Positions 1-19,117 of a stretch of 64,000 bases of DNA are shown here, piece after piece. Source of the DNA: the human T2T-CHM13v2.0 reference genome, Homo sapiens. Both the position numbers and the translations under genes were made by a program. The notes under the pieces were generated by a model, which was given only the letters and a program-made list of their open reading frames with translations, had not been told where the DNA came from and searched no databases. The stretch lies in the NCBI RefSeq assembly GCF_009914755.1, contig NC_060927.1; one strand, 5' to 3'. How positions within the stretch are numbered: position 1 is the first letter of the stretch; each line of letters begins with the position of its first letter.

Positions 1-420
1 CTTTATTGTTAGGACTTTTTGTGTCCTGTTTAAAAAACTTTTGCCCACTCCAAGATCATGCAAATATTTTACTTCATTTAGTAGAAGTTACATTGTATTA
101 CCTTTCATATTCAGGTTACAGAACACCTGAAATTGATCCACTTTTTACCATAAGGATATCTACTTGATGCAGCAACATTTATCATCCTTTTCTGCAAAAG
201 GTACTGCAGTTGTACCTTTTTCATAAACCAAGTGACTATAAGTGGTCTGTTTCCAGACTTCTTTTCCGTTAAGTCTGTTTCACTTTCATTGGGCCAACAC
301 CACACTCTCTAAATTACTATAGCTATGTTGTAAGTAGTGTAAATTAATCTTCAAAAATTGTCTTGTTTCTTTTTTATATTTTCCAAATACGTTTGTGAAG
401 CAGAGTCTCAATTTCCAAAG

Positions 421-452
421 ACACACACACACACAGACACACACACACACAC
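421..452. repeat. (CA)n microsatellite, interrupted
   Basis: acacacacacacacagacacacacacacacac. Confidence 0.95.
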
Positions 453-954
453 ATACTACAAACTCCTCTGAAAGGGTTTTGATTGAAATTTCATGGACTC
501 TATAGATCAGACTGGGGAAAGTTGACATCTTTATGACATTGAGTGTCTCAACCCATGAACACAGTATTTGCTTCCACTTATTTGTATCTTTAATTTGCCT
601 CAGTGATGTTTTATAATTTTATGTAGAGGCCTTATCATGGATTGATCTTATTGATCTTATCCAGTATCATGTTAAATTCACTTATTTATTGTAGTAGGTT
701 ATCTATAGATTCCTTTTGGATTTTCTACATATACAATCATGTCATATGATCAGTTTTTAAAATTGTAGTCATTCTAATAGATGTATAGTGGTATCTCATT
801 GTGATTTTAAATTACATTTTCCCAATGAGTAATGGTATTAAGCATCTTTTCATGTATTTATTAGCCATCTATATATCTTATTTGATTGTAGTTACAGTTT
901 AAAAACTTTGCCAATTCAGTTTCAGTTATTTGTTTTCTTATTGTTTGGTTTTGA

Positions 955-1341
<387 letters not shown>

Positions 1342-2485
1342 TAGAATTGGCATTACTGTTTTTAAAAATTTGGTAGGATTAACCAAGGAAGCCATTTCGT
1401 TCTTTTCTTTGTGGGAAGGTTTTTTAAATATGTTAAATTTCTTCAATAGATATTAGATCTTTAGGTTATCTAGTATTTTCTTAAGGTAGTCTTGGCAGTT
1501 TGTGTCTATCAAGGGATTTCTCTATTTAAGATGTATAATTTATTGATATATAGCTGTTCAAATATTACTGTTCAAATATTATTATCCTTTTAATATGTAT
1601 AGAACCTGTAGTGATATCACTTCTCTTCTTCCAGATACTGGTAATTTGTGTATTTTTTCTTTTTTTCTCTCAACATTCTGTCTAGAAGTTTATTGATTTT
1701 ACTGATTATCTCAAAGAATAAACTTTTGGTTTTATTGATTTTCTCTATTATTTTCTCTTTTATTGATTTCTGTTCTTGTTTTTATTATTTCCTTTATTCT
1801 GTTTACTCTGGGTCTAATTTGTTCTTATTTTTCTACTTTCTTATAGTGGAGGCTGATTTATTGATTTAAAATTTCCTTCTTTTCTAATATACAGATTTAT
1901 TGCTCTAAATTACATTCCAAGTATTAGCTGCATCCCACCAGTTTTAATATGTTGTGTTTTCATTTTAATTCAGTTCACAATCTTTTATAATTTTAATTTT
2001 GATTTATTCTTCTATCTATGGTGGTTTTTTTTTTTAGAACAGTGTTATTTATTTTACAAATATTTGGAGATGTTTAAGAAATAGTTTGTTATTACTTCTG
2101 ATTTTATTTCATTGTGATCAGACACCAAAGTTTGCGATTTATATCCCTTAAATTTATTCAGGCTTGCTTTATGTCCCTGAATATGGTACATCTTGGTAAA
2201 TATTCTGTGTAAATTTGAATAGACTGTGTATTCTGTTGCTGTTAGGTGAAATGTTATACAAATATAAATTAGATCAAGTTGGCTGATTGTATTGTTTAAG
2301 TCTTATATGTTCTCACTGATTTTCTACTTCTATTACTTACTGAGAGAGGGATTTGAAAATCACCAGTTATCATTGTGGACTTGTCTATTTCTCCTTGCTG
2401 TTCTATCAATTTTGGCTTCATGTGCTTTGAAACTTTGGTATTAGCTGCATAAAGGTGTAGAACTTTTATGCTCTCTTGATAAATT

Positions 2486-2953
2486 TGATGCAGGGCAGGA
2501 GAGCCCGAAAGAGGAGCTTAGCCCGTGAGGGTTCTCGGCTTTGCCCAGGAAAGAATTCAAGGGCAAGCCAGAGGTAGAAGAAAACAGCTTTATTGAACAG
2601 GCAGTGATACAGCTCCAGTGTTGTTAGAGCTCCATGACTGGTCCTGCAGAACAGGGTTGTCCCAAAGGCAGAGTAGCAGCTCAGGGCAGTTTTGCAGTCA
2701 TAGTTATACCCACTCCTAATTGCATGCAGATTAAGGGGTGGTTTATGCAGGGAAGGGGTAGTAACTTTTGAATCATTGGGTGCCATGGAAAGGGGTGGTA
2801 ACGCCCGGGTGTTGCCATGGCAACAGTAAATTGACATGGCACACTGGTGGGTGGGTCTGATTGAAAGCTGCTTTCACCCGGGTTATGTTTTAGCTAGTCC
2901 TCAATCTGGTCCAATGTTGAACCCTCTGAAGTTGAGTCCCACTTCCTACCTAA
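2486..2953 (-). mobile_element. ERV1-class solo LTR, MER41-family-like
   Basis: Ends ...ccctgcatCA on minus, AATAAA inside, MER41-type accagtgtgccatg...ccatggcaac segment, 4-bp TSD aatt splitting the host L1. Confidence 0.75.
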
Positions 2954-3539
2954 AATTGACCCCTATATCCTTATAAAATGACCCTTCTTATCTCTGGTAA
3001 TGTTATTTCCTTAAAATTTCATTTTGATATAAATATAGTCACTACAGTTAACTTTTTATAGTTTTAGTATAGTATATTTTCCAATCTTTCCCTTTTTAAG
3101 CTATTTATATAATTTTTCTGAAAGCGTGTTTCTTGCAGGCAGTATATATTAATATTTGGGTCTTGCTTTTTTGTCTAAACTGACAATATCACCTTCAATG
3201 AGAATGGTTAGAAAATTTACATTTAATGTGATTATTGATAGTATTGGCTTTAATTAAATTTATCAATTGCTATTTTTTTCCCATTTGTCTAATCTGTTCT
3301 TTGTTCCTTTCTTCCTCAATTTCTACCTTCTATTGGATTGAGCATTTTTTTATGATTCTGTTTTATCTCCTCTGTTGGCTTGTTAGCTATAACTTTGTGG
3401 TGTTATTTTGGGGGTTACAATAGGGTTTATAGTATGCATCTTTGATTTAGCATAGCCTACCTTCATATACTATCATACCACTTTACCTATAGTACAAGAA
3501 CCTTACAACAGTATACGTTAGGTTCATGAGAGAAATGTA

Positions 3540-3690
3540 AACAAATGTAAAGGTATAATGTTAAATCATAACTGCATATAATTACTGTAGTACATACTGT
3601 ACTACTGTAATAATTTCATAGCTACCTCTGTTGCCATTGCAGTGATTTCAAGTGTTGTATTTGCCTAAAATACCATGTGATGCTAATCAT
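3540..3690. mobile_element. Tigger-like DNA transposon fragment
   Basis: tactgtactactgtaataatttcatagctacctctgttgccattgc resembles Tigger/MER2-group sequence. Confidence 0.45.
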
Positions 3691-3825
3691 ATAATCATAT
3701 AAATATACTCATAATATTGTCAGTTTGTGGCCTAAAAGATTAAATTGAATTTGTGATCAGAATATTTTCAATATTTTACATTTATCAAAAAACAATTTCA
3801 GCTAGATATGCATAAAATTAGTTTT

Positions 3826-4128
<303 letters not shown>

Positions 4129-4375
4129 CTAACAATGGAACATGCTGCAGCAATGTTAAGTAAATAATCTATACTTACTTAAAGTTTAAAACTAGAGACT
4201 GATATTTCAAGATTTTTTTAAACAAATGTTAGTCAGATATTCAATAATCAGAGATAAAAATGTCAGTGGGGTTTAAGTTTTCTTACTGGTATTACATTGC
4301 ATGTGAATCATCTTAATTTGAAATGTCAAGGAAAGAATAAAGCTTACTTATGACCTACCTAGATAGGTTCAATAA

Positions 4376-4579
<204 letters not shown>

Positions 4580-5209
4580 TGAAAGTGCAACCTTTCATAA
4601 TATGTACAAAATAACAATAGCAATTTGACACATTTTTCTAAAATGAATCAATATGTACAAGATTTTAATTGTAATTGCTACCATTATATAAACTGGCTGC
4701 AAAGACTGTAAGAAAAGTTTGAAGAATACTTTTTAATGTTGATAAATTTGGAATTGCCTTTTAATTTATATAATACTCCTTTGATGTGATTTAATAATAC
4801 TGAGTTGACATAGCTGATTGAATTTTCTTAATTTAGATCTAATTTTGAAACCAATATGCTTTTGCTTTAAAGTCAAATTAATTCTTCTGAAAAAGATGAA
4901 CTGGTTTTGTCAGTATGAATGCAAATATTAAAGGAAAAGTATAATATTGAAGGAAAATATTTTAGTACTGAATTCACTTATTAAAACACTTTAATGTATA
5001 TTTGAAACAATTTAAATATGTTAATCTATTCTTATCTATAAATTCTATGAAAATAGTGCATCCAAATTGAAATGTGCTATAAATGTAAAACTACACACTG
5101 GATTTCTAAGACTTCATATGAAAAAAACTGTAAAATACCTCTTTAGTAATTTCTTATATATTTGTTACATATTGAAAAAATAATAATTTAGTTTTATTGG
5201 GTTAAATGA

Positions 5210-5550
<341 letters not shown>

Positions 5551-5739
5551 CTTTTACTCTTTCTAATGTGACTATTAAAAAGTGTAAAATTGCATACATG
5601 GTTCACATTATGCCATTCTATAGAGTCAAGATTCATTTAGGTGTACTTATATAGTTACCAATTTGTTGTTCTACCTTCTTTCCTGCATCTCCATCTTTCT
5701 TCTGCGACCAATTTCATTTTGCCTAATAAGGTCTTTAAA

Positions 5740-7700
<1,961 letters not shown>

Positions 7701-7962
7701 CCCTGGTGATTATGAGATTCTCAGCCTGATCATGGATAAGGGATACGAATAAAGTCTGCCCCTGCTGGTGAATATGAAGAGAGGAGTGGGGATGAGCCTC
7801 AGGATGGAGAGCCTCAGGTATTGCAGAGCTGCTGCTCCACATTCCTTTTGTTTTCATTTCACAGGGAAATTTCTTTAGTCAGGGATTCCTCTTTAAATTT
7901 TTTGAAAAATGCAGCACCGAGAGGAGACAGAAATCTCTGGAATGGTCAGCCACCATACATGA

Positions 7963-8301
7963 TGATATGGTTTGTCTCTGTGTCCCCACCCAAATCTCAT
8001 CATGTAGCTCCCATAATTCCTACATGTTATGGGAGGGACCTGGTGGGAGATGATTGAATCATGGGGGCGGGTCTTTCCCCTGCTGTTCTCATGATAAGGA
8101 ATGGGTCTCATGAGATCTGATGATTTTAAAAATGGGAGTTCCCCTGTGCAAGCCCTCTCTTTGCCTGCTGCCACCCACGTAGGATGTGACTTGCCTGCCT
8201 CCCCAGCCATGTGGAACTGTAAGTCCAATAGGCCTCTTTCTTTTGTAAATTGCCCATTCTCGGGTATGTCTTTATCAGCAGTGTGAAAACAGACTAATAC
8301 A
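7963..8301 (+). mobile_element. THE1 (MaLR) solo LTR with small internal deletion
   Basis: TGATATGGTTTG...GACTAATACA termini and perfect 5-bp TSD catga. Confidence 0.92.
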
Positions 8302-9100
8302 CATGAGAAGGTCATCCACTGTCCTTGAGATGCTCATCCACCATCCTTGGAGGTTTAGAGGAGAATAGGATGGAAGAGTCAATGTCCTATGACACTTGGT
8401 CAGCTTGCATTTACTTTTCTCAGAATCTCAATCCAGCATGGCTCCAATATTACCGAGGAACTCCTGAGCGGCATGAAATCTTGGTTCTGATTTCTTTCTT
8501 ACAGTAGCAGAGGCCACTAGTGACCTTCCCTGGAAAATATGGTAGAGAGGAATGAGCAGAATGTAAAATCTCTACACTATCCTTTCTTCCTACCTCTCAG
8601 ACTGTTAAATTTTTCACATTAGTTCATCCCAGCTTTAGTCTCTCCAAGAGTTAGTCACAGTTTTAATATTAGTTCCTCCATCTTACTTCCATAATTTCTT
8701 TATCATTGAATTTTTGGGAGACAACCAGAAGACAAGGTTAGTTCACTATCTTGTGAGGCACTGGTATCCCTCTTTCTCCTACTTTCTTTTGGTTTTTCAA
8801 CTCCTCATTCTTCTTATTCCTAGTCTCCTCTCTTCCTCTTTCTCCTTTCTATTTTTTCAACTCTAGGTTTGATTACAGGTTCCCTATCCCTACTTTGCAA
8901 ATTAATCTGCAAGAGAGTTTTTAAAGTTTATGTTTATTTCTATATACTTTCCTCTTGATTTGTTTTGACTTGTATTTTTCATAAATAGCCTTGATTCAGT
9001 CACAGTGGCTCTGTGATTCCCTCATCTGAGTGAGAAACTGAGCTTTTCTCACCTCCAGTTGTTACCGAGGTCCACTTAAGTGGTGCTTCCAGGCTGCTTA

Positions 9101-9452
<352 letters not shown>

Positions 9453-9934
9453 CTATATGCCATCTGGCAAGTCACATTCAGTGCTGGCTGGATGGCCAGA
9501 GAGCTTCGTAGTGGGTGGATTGATGGAAGGTTGTGCCCCCAATAAAATCAAGAGACCAATGTGGAGGAGGTCTACATGAGTCCAAATATGGGCAATGTTT
9601 CTGCTTCATAGTGTGAGGTCATAATCTCTGCTGATTACTCTTCAATGAAGAGGGAACTGGTTACTGTAAGATTAGAAAATCCAGTTATTGGAGAGATTGT
9701 TACAGAGGGCCCACTGTTTAATAGGATACCATAAGTTCCATACTCTGTTGCAAGAAGTTTTATTTAGGTAAGAGACAATTAGGATGTGAGTTCACAAACC
9801 TGCTTATCATGCTAATGAGATGCTGTGGTTTTCCCTTGATAGCTGGAAAATGGAATGAGATCAGAAGAGACAGACGGAAACCATTCCCTATTCTATGAAA
9901 GATCTGGGTTTCAGAGTTATCAGATAATTTGATG

Positions 9935-10380
9935 AACTGGTTGGATGAGTATGATGAATTAATAGAAAGGATAGATGATGGATCAGAGATGGAATGGAGT
10001 GATCTGTGAATGGGTGAGTTGATGGGTGGGTAGATGAATAGATGAATGTCTGGATCAGTGGATGTATCTATGTATGAATGTATAAATGGTGGATGGAGTA
10101 AATTAATATAGATAAATGGATAGATAGGTGGATAGAAGGATGATCGATGGATTGATAGATGCCATACTGAAATGTCTGGATAGAGGAATGGCTACATGTA
10201 AATATATGTAAGTTTGCATCATATGTGTGAATGGAGTAATGAAGTAGGTCGCTGGATGTTTGATGGATAGATGGATATAACAGATGAATAGCTACAGAAC
10301 TAGACAGATGGAAATGATGGATAATGAGCAATTGCATAACTGAGTGGTGGCAGTGGATAATGGGATAGATGATAACAGAA
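9935..10380. repeat. Degenerate (TGGA/TAGA)n simple repeat
   Basis: Recurrent gatgga/gataga units. Confidence 0.85.
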
Positions 10381-10694
10381 TGAGCTCTGAAATTAGACCT
10401 GTATTTGCATCCTGACTTCGGATATCAGCTGTGTGACATTGGGTAAGATCTTTTAATTTCTCTAAGCCTAGGAAAAAATTTAAATATTCAAGAAAATAGC
10501 CATAACTCACAGTGAAAACTCTAAAGGGAAAATTTTGTTTAAAATAAGTACTTGTCAGAATAAAAACATCGAAGAATAAATATCATTAGCTGAGAGTGGT
10601 TCAGGGCTTATTTGAAATTAACTTTTTGTAAATAAAAATTTTAAAAGTGGAGAGCTGTGTTCTAATGTCTAGTGGTAAGACTTGGAAACATCTA

Positions 10695-11033
<339 letters not shown>

Positions 11034-12365
11034 TTAATGCAAAACATTTTACAAATTATAGTTACAAAATAAAATATAAATGCTGCTTATGTAAAATGTT
11101 AATATGACAATATGTGAAGATGGGGGGAAGAGAAGGAAGGATGCTTTGTATCTAATGTCCTTGTCTTTCATAGCAGGGAATCAAAAGCTAATACCTAAAC
11201 TGAAGTATGGAATGTAAAAACGATCACTCTCAATGGTTTTTTTTCCCCAAATCTCTTTTTGTAAATATAGAAGATTATTTTGTAAAAACTCTCAAGGCGA
11301 ATAAACATTTATTTGAAATTTTATAATTTTTTCAAATTCCTTTTGGTTTCTTTTTCAAGTTTTAAATACAAATAAAATTAAATCTGATAACTTATGATAA
11401 ATAACATATAAAACAATCACATATTTATAAAATATTTTAATATATCTATTTAGAGTTTCTGGAACATATGAACTAAAAAGATGTCTAGAATGATACTCTG
11501 CTAATGTAAATGCTAATTATTTATGAGCAGTGGCATTTGAATTTTTTAACCTCTATGCAGTGCTTGAATAATTTATAATAAGCATGCATTCTTTTTACAA
11601 AGCCCGTCTTGATTTTTCTTTACATAAAAGGGAAAACTTAAAAAAATTAATGTTCTGCTTATTCTAGTCTTGTCATCATAACCTTAAGTAGTTTATTTGC
11701 AAGAATGCTCTGGTAACCTTGTACAGTTTAACTCTAGGCTTTATTGTTAATTCCCTATGGAATGTAACCCTTAATCTCAAGGCCATGGAGACTACAATGC
11801 TTGTTTTATTTTTTATATTTGTTGGAGAAAAGTGGAGTTGTTAAGATGCTTGTTATAAAAAATTGTGACTGTTCACTTAGAGTGGCAAACTATATTTGTG
11901 GTAGGAAATTGAATGTGTTCATCCTTCACTTGACAAGTAATCCCTGGCTATGTCTCCTCTGGTCTTGCTATAATTAATCTGACAGTTTATAAACTAAGTA
12001 GAGTCTTTGGGAATAAGAAATTTAATCGTAAGATTTCTTCCTTAAAAAGGATTTTTGGAAGAATTTATAGATTTATTTCTAAAGAAAACACAGAATCTTT
12101 TATAACACTTGAAAGAATTGTGAGTCAGATCAGACTGGGGAGTAGGGAGACGGGGTGCCCAGCCTGCCAGGCTCGGGGCTTTATCTGAAGATGTGCTGGG
12201 ATCCCAGCAAACTGCCCTGCCAGCTTAAAGCTAGTAGGAAGCCGATTTTGTTTTGTAATCCCTAAATGATCTATGGAAAGGAAACGCCCACCTGCAGGAC
12301 AGTTAGGTTGAAACCTAAGGCCTTAGAAACCCTGTCAGTGAGGAGGTGTTCTAGCTGAGAGGTGG

Positions 12366-12823
12366 TGTATTAATTTCCTATGGTTGTTGTAACAAATTCT
12401 GTAGCTTAACAGAAATGTATTCTCTCACAGTTCTGGAGGCCAGAAATCCGAAATTAGTATCACTGGCGGAGATTAAGGTGTCGGCAGGGCCACGTGCCCT
12501 CTGGAAGCCCTCGGGGGGAATTGCTTCTTGCCCACTCCAGGTCCTGCTGGCCTTCCTTGTGTGTGCCTGCATCACTTCCATCTCTGCCCCCGCAGTCTCT
12601 TCCCCTTCTCCGGGTATTCCTATCTCATCTCCCTCCACTTCCCTCTTGGGAGGACACTTGTGATTGTATTTAGGGCCCACCCAGGTAATCCAGGATAATC
12701 TCCTTATTTTAAGATCCTCAACTTAATTACATCTGCAAAGTCTTTGCCATATAAAGTAACATTCACAGGTTCTGGGATTAGAAGATGGTCATATCCTCAG
12801 GGGCCATGATTTAGCCTAGCACA
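12366..12823 (-). mobile_element. MLT1 (MLT1B/C-like) MaLR LTR
   Basis: tgtattaatttcc...cacagttctggaggccagaaatcc...ttaattacatctgcaaag...aca. Confidence 0.85.
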
Positions 12824-13975
12824 GCAGTAGCAAGATGGTAAGATTAAGAAAGAGTTAGACACATTTCTGTCTCCTCCAGAGGCAGCTGTTTCACATCATA
12901 GAAATTCAGGTTTCAATCTGAAAGATGAGGATGTGTGCATTTGCTCTACCCTGGATTGTGCAGCCCCCACCTGAGAAAGAGGTTTCCATGACTGCCGCAG
13001 ACCAAGGCAGAGGCTCTAGCTCTCCCCGGAGCTATCCAGGCACCCTGGCCTTCCTCCTGAAGGTCTCTGTGGCCAGAGGGTAAAGCTTCAGTTGGAGAAT
13101 ACACCCATGCTGCCTAGTCTGAGTGTGTTTGCTCTCTTGGACCTTGGGAGAGGCCAGGCAGGCAGAAGTGGGTGTATTGACCCACCCAACCCCTGTGGGG
13201 CTTTCACGCTTCTGGCTTCTACCTGCTTCACTAGGAGTCGGTTCTCACCAAAGTGTCTTTTCTTCTCCTCACTGCACATGGGGCATTCATGTGGAATGTA
13301 ATTCATATTTAAATCACACCCAGAGAAAAGTGGGTGCTTGCTGTGTGTGAGTATGTAGGCATGTAGAGCCCTCTGTTTAGATGTGTGCTTTCTGCTTGGC
13401 ATCCCAGAAACCCCTGTACTTGACCGGTCCTGGCAGCACTGGATGAGTAGACAGGGTCTCCTGGCCTCTCCAACTGCACTGGGGTTAAGTCCCTCTGTTC
13501 CATTGTTGAAGGATGAATGATGTTCCCCTTGGACACCCAAGTGCAGTGAGCGGGGAGGAGAAGGGAGGGTGTGTCCCTAGGAATTCCCTCCTGCTCAGCA
13601 CACATGAATCATGGCCATAGGAGGTTGTCAACACAAAGACGTGGAATAATATTACAGGGGTGTTCAGATAAGCACTTATTTGTAGATTCCTGACACATTG
13701 CCTTAACAGCCGGGGCTGATAAACATTTTGTTCCTTCCCCTGCCCTCCATGTGTTCCTGTAGCTCTAATGGGCTGATCTTTGTAATCTCATAGAATGCTG
13801 AGTGAAACTGTGGTTTTTAAACTCTGAAATGTATATAAGCATATTAAATGAGTTTCTTTAAGAAAATCATGGATTGAAGACTGGACTTGATCAAAAAACA
13901 AAAACTTTATTCTTCAAAATAGGTACCTTGTGAGTATAAAATTAAACTGTGGGATAATAATTAAGCTTTCGTTTA

Positions 13976-14281
<306 letters not shown>

Positions 14282-14875
14282 GTAAATATTGTGCTCTGAT
14301 AAGAGACAACAAACATTTGAAGGTATTTTGGGGTAAAAAGCTATTAATTATAGCATTTTAAGTTCCAGATGAATTTCAAACAGTAAAGACTAAAGTGTTA
14401 TTACAATTTATGTTAAGTGTTTAAACTGATAGTTTTTTCCCACATAATTTGTTTTCTCTCCTATCAGACAGTGCAGACTGAGAAAGTCACTTCTCTTTTT
14501 TTAAGTTTAAAAAAATCAGACTTTTGGCTTGAAGCCATCTCTGGCTAAAATAAGTTGCAGGGCAGGTAATCTCTTACCTGCATGATAATATCTTACCTTA
14601 ATATGATTATCTCAGACATCATTCAAAACAACTTCAGAAATGTAAAGGTAAATCAGTAAAAGTTTGACAATTGGAAATGCTTTCTATTTGAGGACATTTT
14701 AATACAAAACCATTTATTTAAAAAGGTAGTAGCATGCGATCGTATAATTAAACTGTGAGTATTGATTTTAATCTAAAATTTACCCAAAACCTCTAATTAA
14801 ATCAACCTTTAGGAAATCAAATATTAGGTATGAGTTTTACTTTAAGAATGATTCTATGTTTTATCCCTGGGATGA

Positions 14876-15238
<363 letters not shown>

Positions 15239-15239
15239 T

Positions 15240-16240
15240 GTAACATTTTATACTGTAGAATATAATACACAGAAGTATATTAAGTATAAATGTACAATTC
15301 AATGAATTATGACAAAACAATTTCCCACCATGAATTCAAGAAGTAGAACGTTGCCACAGTCATAGAAACCTCCCTCATGCCCCTCCCCATTACTAAATTT
15401 CTCTCCTTCCCAAATTTAACCACTTTTATAACTTACAATATGATAGTCTAGTTTTGCCTGTTTTTGAAATTATTGGTTATGTGTTCTTTTGTGTTTTAGT
15501 TTTTCACTCAATGAAATGTTTGTACTGTTCATCCATGATGTTGTGATTACTGTGGTTCATTTATGTTTATTGGTGTATGTATATTGGATATGTTTGTGTA
15601 TATGTGTGGTATTGTCTCCAGTTTGGGGCTACTATGAATAATGCTGTTAGGACACATCTTAAACGTCTCTTGGTGCACGTGTGCGGTGCATTTCTGTTGA
15701 GTATGTGCCTAGGAGTGTAATTTCTGGGTTAGATGATATGCAAGTATTCAACTTTAGTAGAAAATGCCAAAATGTCTTCAAAATGAATACACGAGTTTAC
15801 ACTTCCACCAGCAATGTATGAGAGCTCCTATTGTTCCGTATTCTTGCCAACACTTAGTATCATCAGTCTTTTTAACTTTAGTCATTTTGGTGGGGGTATT
15901 GTAGATTCATATTGTGGCTTTAATTTTCATTGCCTTGATGACTAATGATATTAAGTACATTTAATATATTTGCTGGAGATATCCTCTTTTGTGAAGTATC
16001 TGTTTAAGTCTTTTGCCCATTTCTCTATTGGGTATATCTGTTTATTGTTTACATGTAGAAGTTTTGTGTACAGATTCTGGTACAAATCTTTTGTCTGCTG
16101 TATAAGTTGGTAATTTCTTTTCTTCTCCATGGCTTGCTGTTTCACTCTTTTAATGGCATTTTCAATGAAAATAAGTACTTACTTTTAATGTAGTTTAATT
16201 TATCAATTTTTTTTATGGTTAGTGCTACTTGTACAATGTA
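15240..16240 (-). mobile_element. L1ME-like 3' fragment
   Basis: Track ORF 15951..16145 IEKWAKDLNRYFTKEDI is the L1 ORF2p C-terminus. Confidence 0.8.
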
Positions 16241-19117
16241 ATGTCTTTCTATAAGGGGACATTACTGAGGTGTTCCACTTCTGCTGGGAGGTAGAAAGCT
16301 GCACGTGAATGTTGTTCCCATTCTTAACAACAACAAGCTCAGGCAGCCTGCAAAGGCATAACTTTTCATAAATCCATCAGAGAGTTGAGGTTGCATGGCA
16401 ACCCAGAAACACAAAAACTATTTTACCTTTAGTGAAACACAGGAAGAAGAGGAGGCCACCATCTAAGTGGGTGGAAAGAAATCAGCTAATATTTTCATAA
16501 AGTCCTAAAAGCTGAGTTTGGTCTAACATATCAATCGGGAATAACTGAGAGTTCCAGATACGAATTTGCACACACTCACAAGATTCTCCATGGTTCTTCC
16601 CTGGGTGCTTATTAGAAAGACGTGGCAGAACAAGAGATCAGAGAAGCCTTCCTTGGGTGGTGCAGACATGCAGAAGGTGATTGGCTATGGCTGAAACACC
16701 ACCTATTTCCCTCATCTCCTACCTTATACAAACCAAAAGCCTGAAAACATTGGGATGGGGCAGCAAGCCTTCACACCCCTGTGCTATTAGAGGAGGAGTA
16801 GGAACATGTCCTAGAACAAAGTACACTCTAGACCTGCCTTGCAAATGCCTAAAATCAAGCCCTAATGAGATCCTTAGAGGAAACAGAATTTGGAGGTTGA
16901 GACCCAATAAATTAGAAGGGCTTCACAAATATCTGGGATTTTTATAGATTTTTCCTGACAAAGTATATAAAACCAAGCCTACATAAGTTCAAGGTGGTCA
17001 GCTAATAAGTGAACTATCTACTAGAACAAAAATCACCATTCTTTAGATGATGATAGCAGAATCTGGAGTCTCTACAGGATGTCATTCATAATATCCAACA
17101 GATACTAAAAAATAACTAGAATAGCAAAGGAAAACGAAAACATGACCTAAAGTCCAGAAATAAAAGTAATCAAGTGAAATTGAGCATGAGATGGCCCAGA
17201 TGTTGGATTTAGCAGACAGAAAATTTAAAGTAGCTATTATAAATAAGGAATTATAAATTAAAAATAAGGAATTAAAGGAAAATATATTCAAACAACTAAA
17301 TGAGAATATTATTTTAATGAGTGAATAGTTCAGGAGTCTCAGCAGTGAAATGGAAGTTATTAAAAAAGGATCAAATTGTATTTCTGTAAGTGAAAAATAT
17401 AAAAACTGAAATTAAAAAAATCACTGGATGGTCATAAGAGTGGGTTAACAGAAGATGGCAGAAGAAAGCTAAATAAACTTAAGACAGAGCAATAGAAATT
17501 ATCCAATCTGAGGACCACAGAGGGAAAAAAAATGAAGGAAAATGAACAAGACCTGTGGAATGTATCAAATGGTCCAATATGGTTAATCACAGTTCTAGAA
17601 GGAGATGAGACAAATATAGGCTAGAAAAAATATTTCAAGATATAAGGCTGAAATTTTCTCAATTGAAAAATAACTCAGTGAATCCCAAGCAAGATAAAAT
17701 AGCCCAGTGAACTAAAAATATAAATATATAGAGATAAATATAAATAAAAGATAAATATAAGTAAATATAAATATAAATAAAAGCACACTTAGGGACATCA
17801 TGTCAAATGGTTGAAAACCAAAGATAAAGAGAAAATATTGAAAGCTGCTAGAAAACAAAACATAACAAGACACACTGCATACAGAGATCAATGGCACAAA
17901 TGGACTGCTAACTTCTCAGCGTAAATAATGGAATCTAGAAGACAATGACATGACATTTTTAAAGTGCAAAAGAGAAAAACTGCCAACCCAGATCTTTATA
18001 TTTATATCCAGTAAACAACATCTGTCAAAAATAAGTTAAATAAAGTCATTTTCAGGTTAACAAAAGCTGAGACAATTTGTCACCATGAGAACTGTGGTAC
18101 AAGAAATTCTAAGGGATGTTCTTCAGGCTAAAGGTAAAGGATTCCAGGTAGAAACTTGGATCTATGGAAAGTAATGAAGAAGGCCAAAAATGGTAAGTAG
18201 TAATCCAACTCTATAACTTTGGTAAATAGTTTAATATTTCTTATAAAGTCAAATATATACTCGCCATATGATCCAGCACTTCCACATCTAGGTATTTACC
18301 CAAGAGAAATGAGAACATATGTATATAAAAGGACAGTAACACAAATGTTCATAATGGCCCCCAAACTGGAAGCAACCCAAATGTCCATCAACAAGTCAAA
18401 GGCCGAAACATGTAGATATATGGTATTTATACAATGGAAAACTACTGAGTAATATGAACTTGGCACCAAAACTAGAATTCATAAGAGGAAAAATTAATAA
18501 ATCAAATCTCATAAAAATGAAACTTTTTGCTTTGTGAAAGTTCAGGTGAAGAGGATGGAAAAAATGAACTAGAGACTGGGAGAAAGAATTTGCCAATCAC
18601 ACATCTAACAAAGGACTAATATTTACAGAGCATAAAGAACTCTCAAAACACAACAGTTAAAAAACAATGTAATTAGAAAATGGGCAAAAGATGTAAACAG
18701 ACATTTTACCAAAGAGGATATACAGATGGTAAATAAGCACATGAAAGATGCTCAACACCATCAGGGCAATGCAAATTAAAACCACAATGAAATGTTACTA
18801 CATACCTATCAGAATCACTAAACTAAAAGGGTGACAATATCAAATGCTGACAAGAATACAGAGAAACTGGATCACTCATGCATTACTGGTGAGAATGTAA
18901 AATGATATTGCCACTCTGTAAAACAATAGCAATTCCTTAAAATATTAAACATGCAATTATCGTATGACTCAGCAGTTACACTCTTGGATATTTATCCCTG
19001 ATAAATAAAAACTTTTCTTCCCACAAATACCTACATACAAATATTCATAGTATATTTTATTCATGATTAGCCTCAAACTCAAATCAGCCAGATGTCCTTC
19101 AAGAAAAGAATGGTTAA

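Noticed and set aside
9935-10380. Periodic GATGGA-type array as possible CRISPR-like or coding repeat
   Set aside because: Degenerate simple repeat with no constant repeat/unique spacer structure; eukaryotic context.
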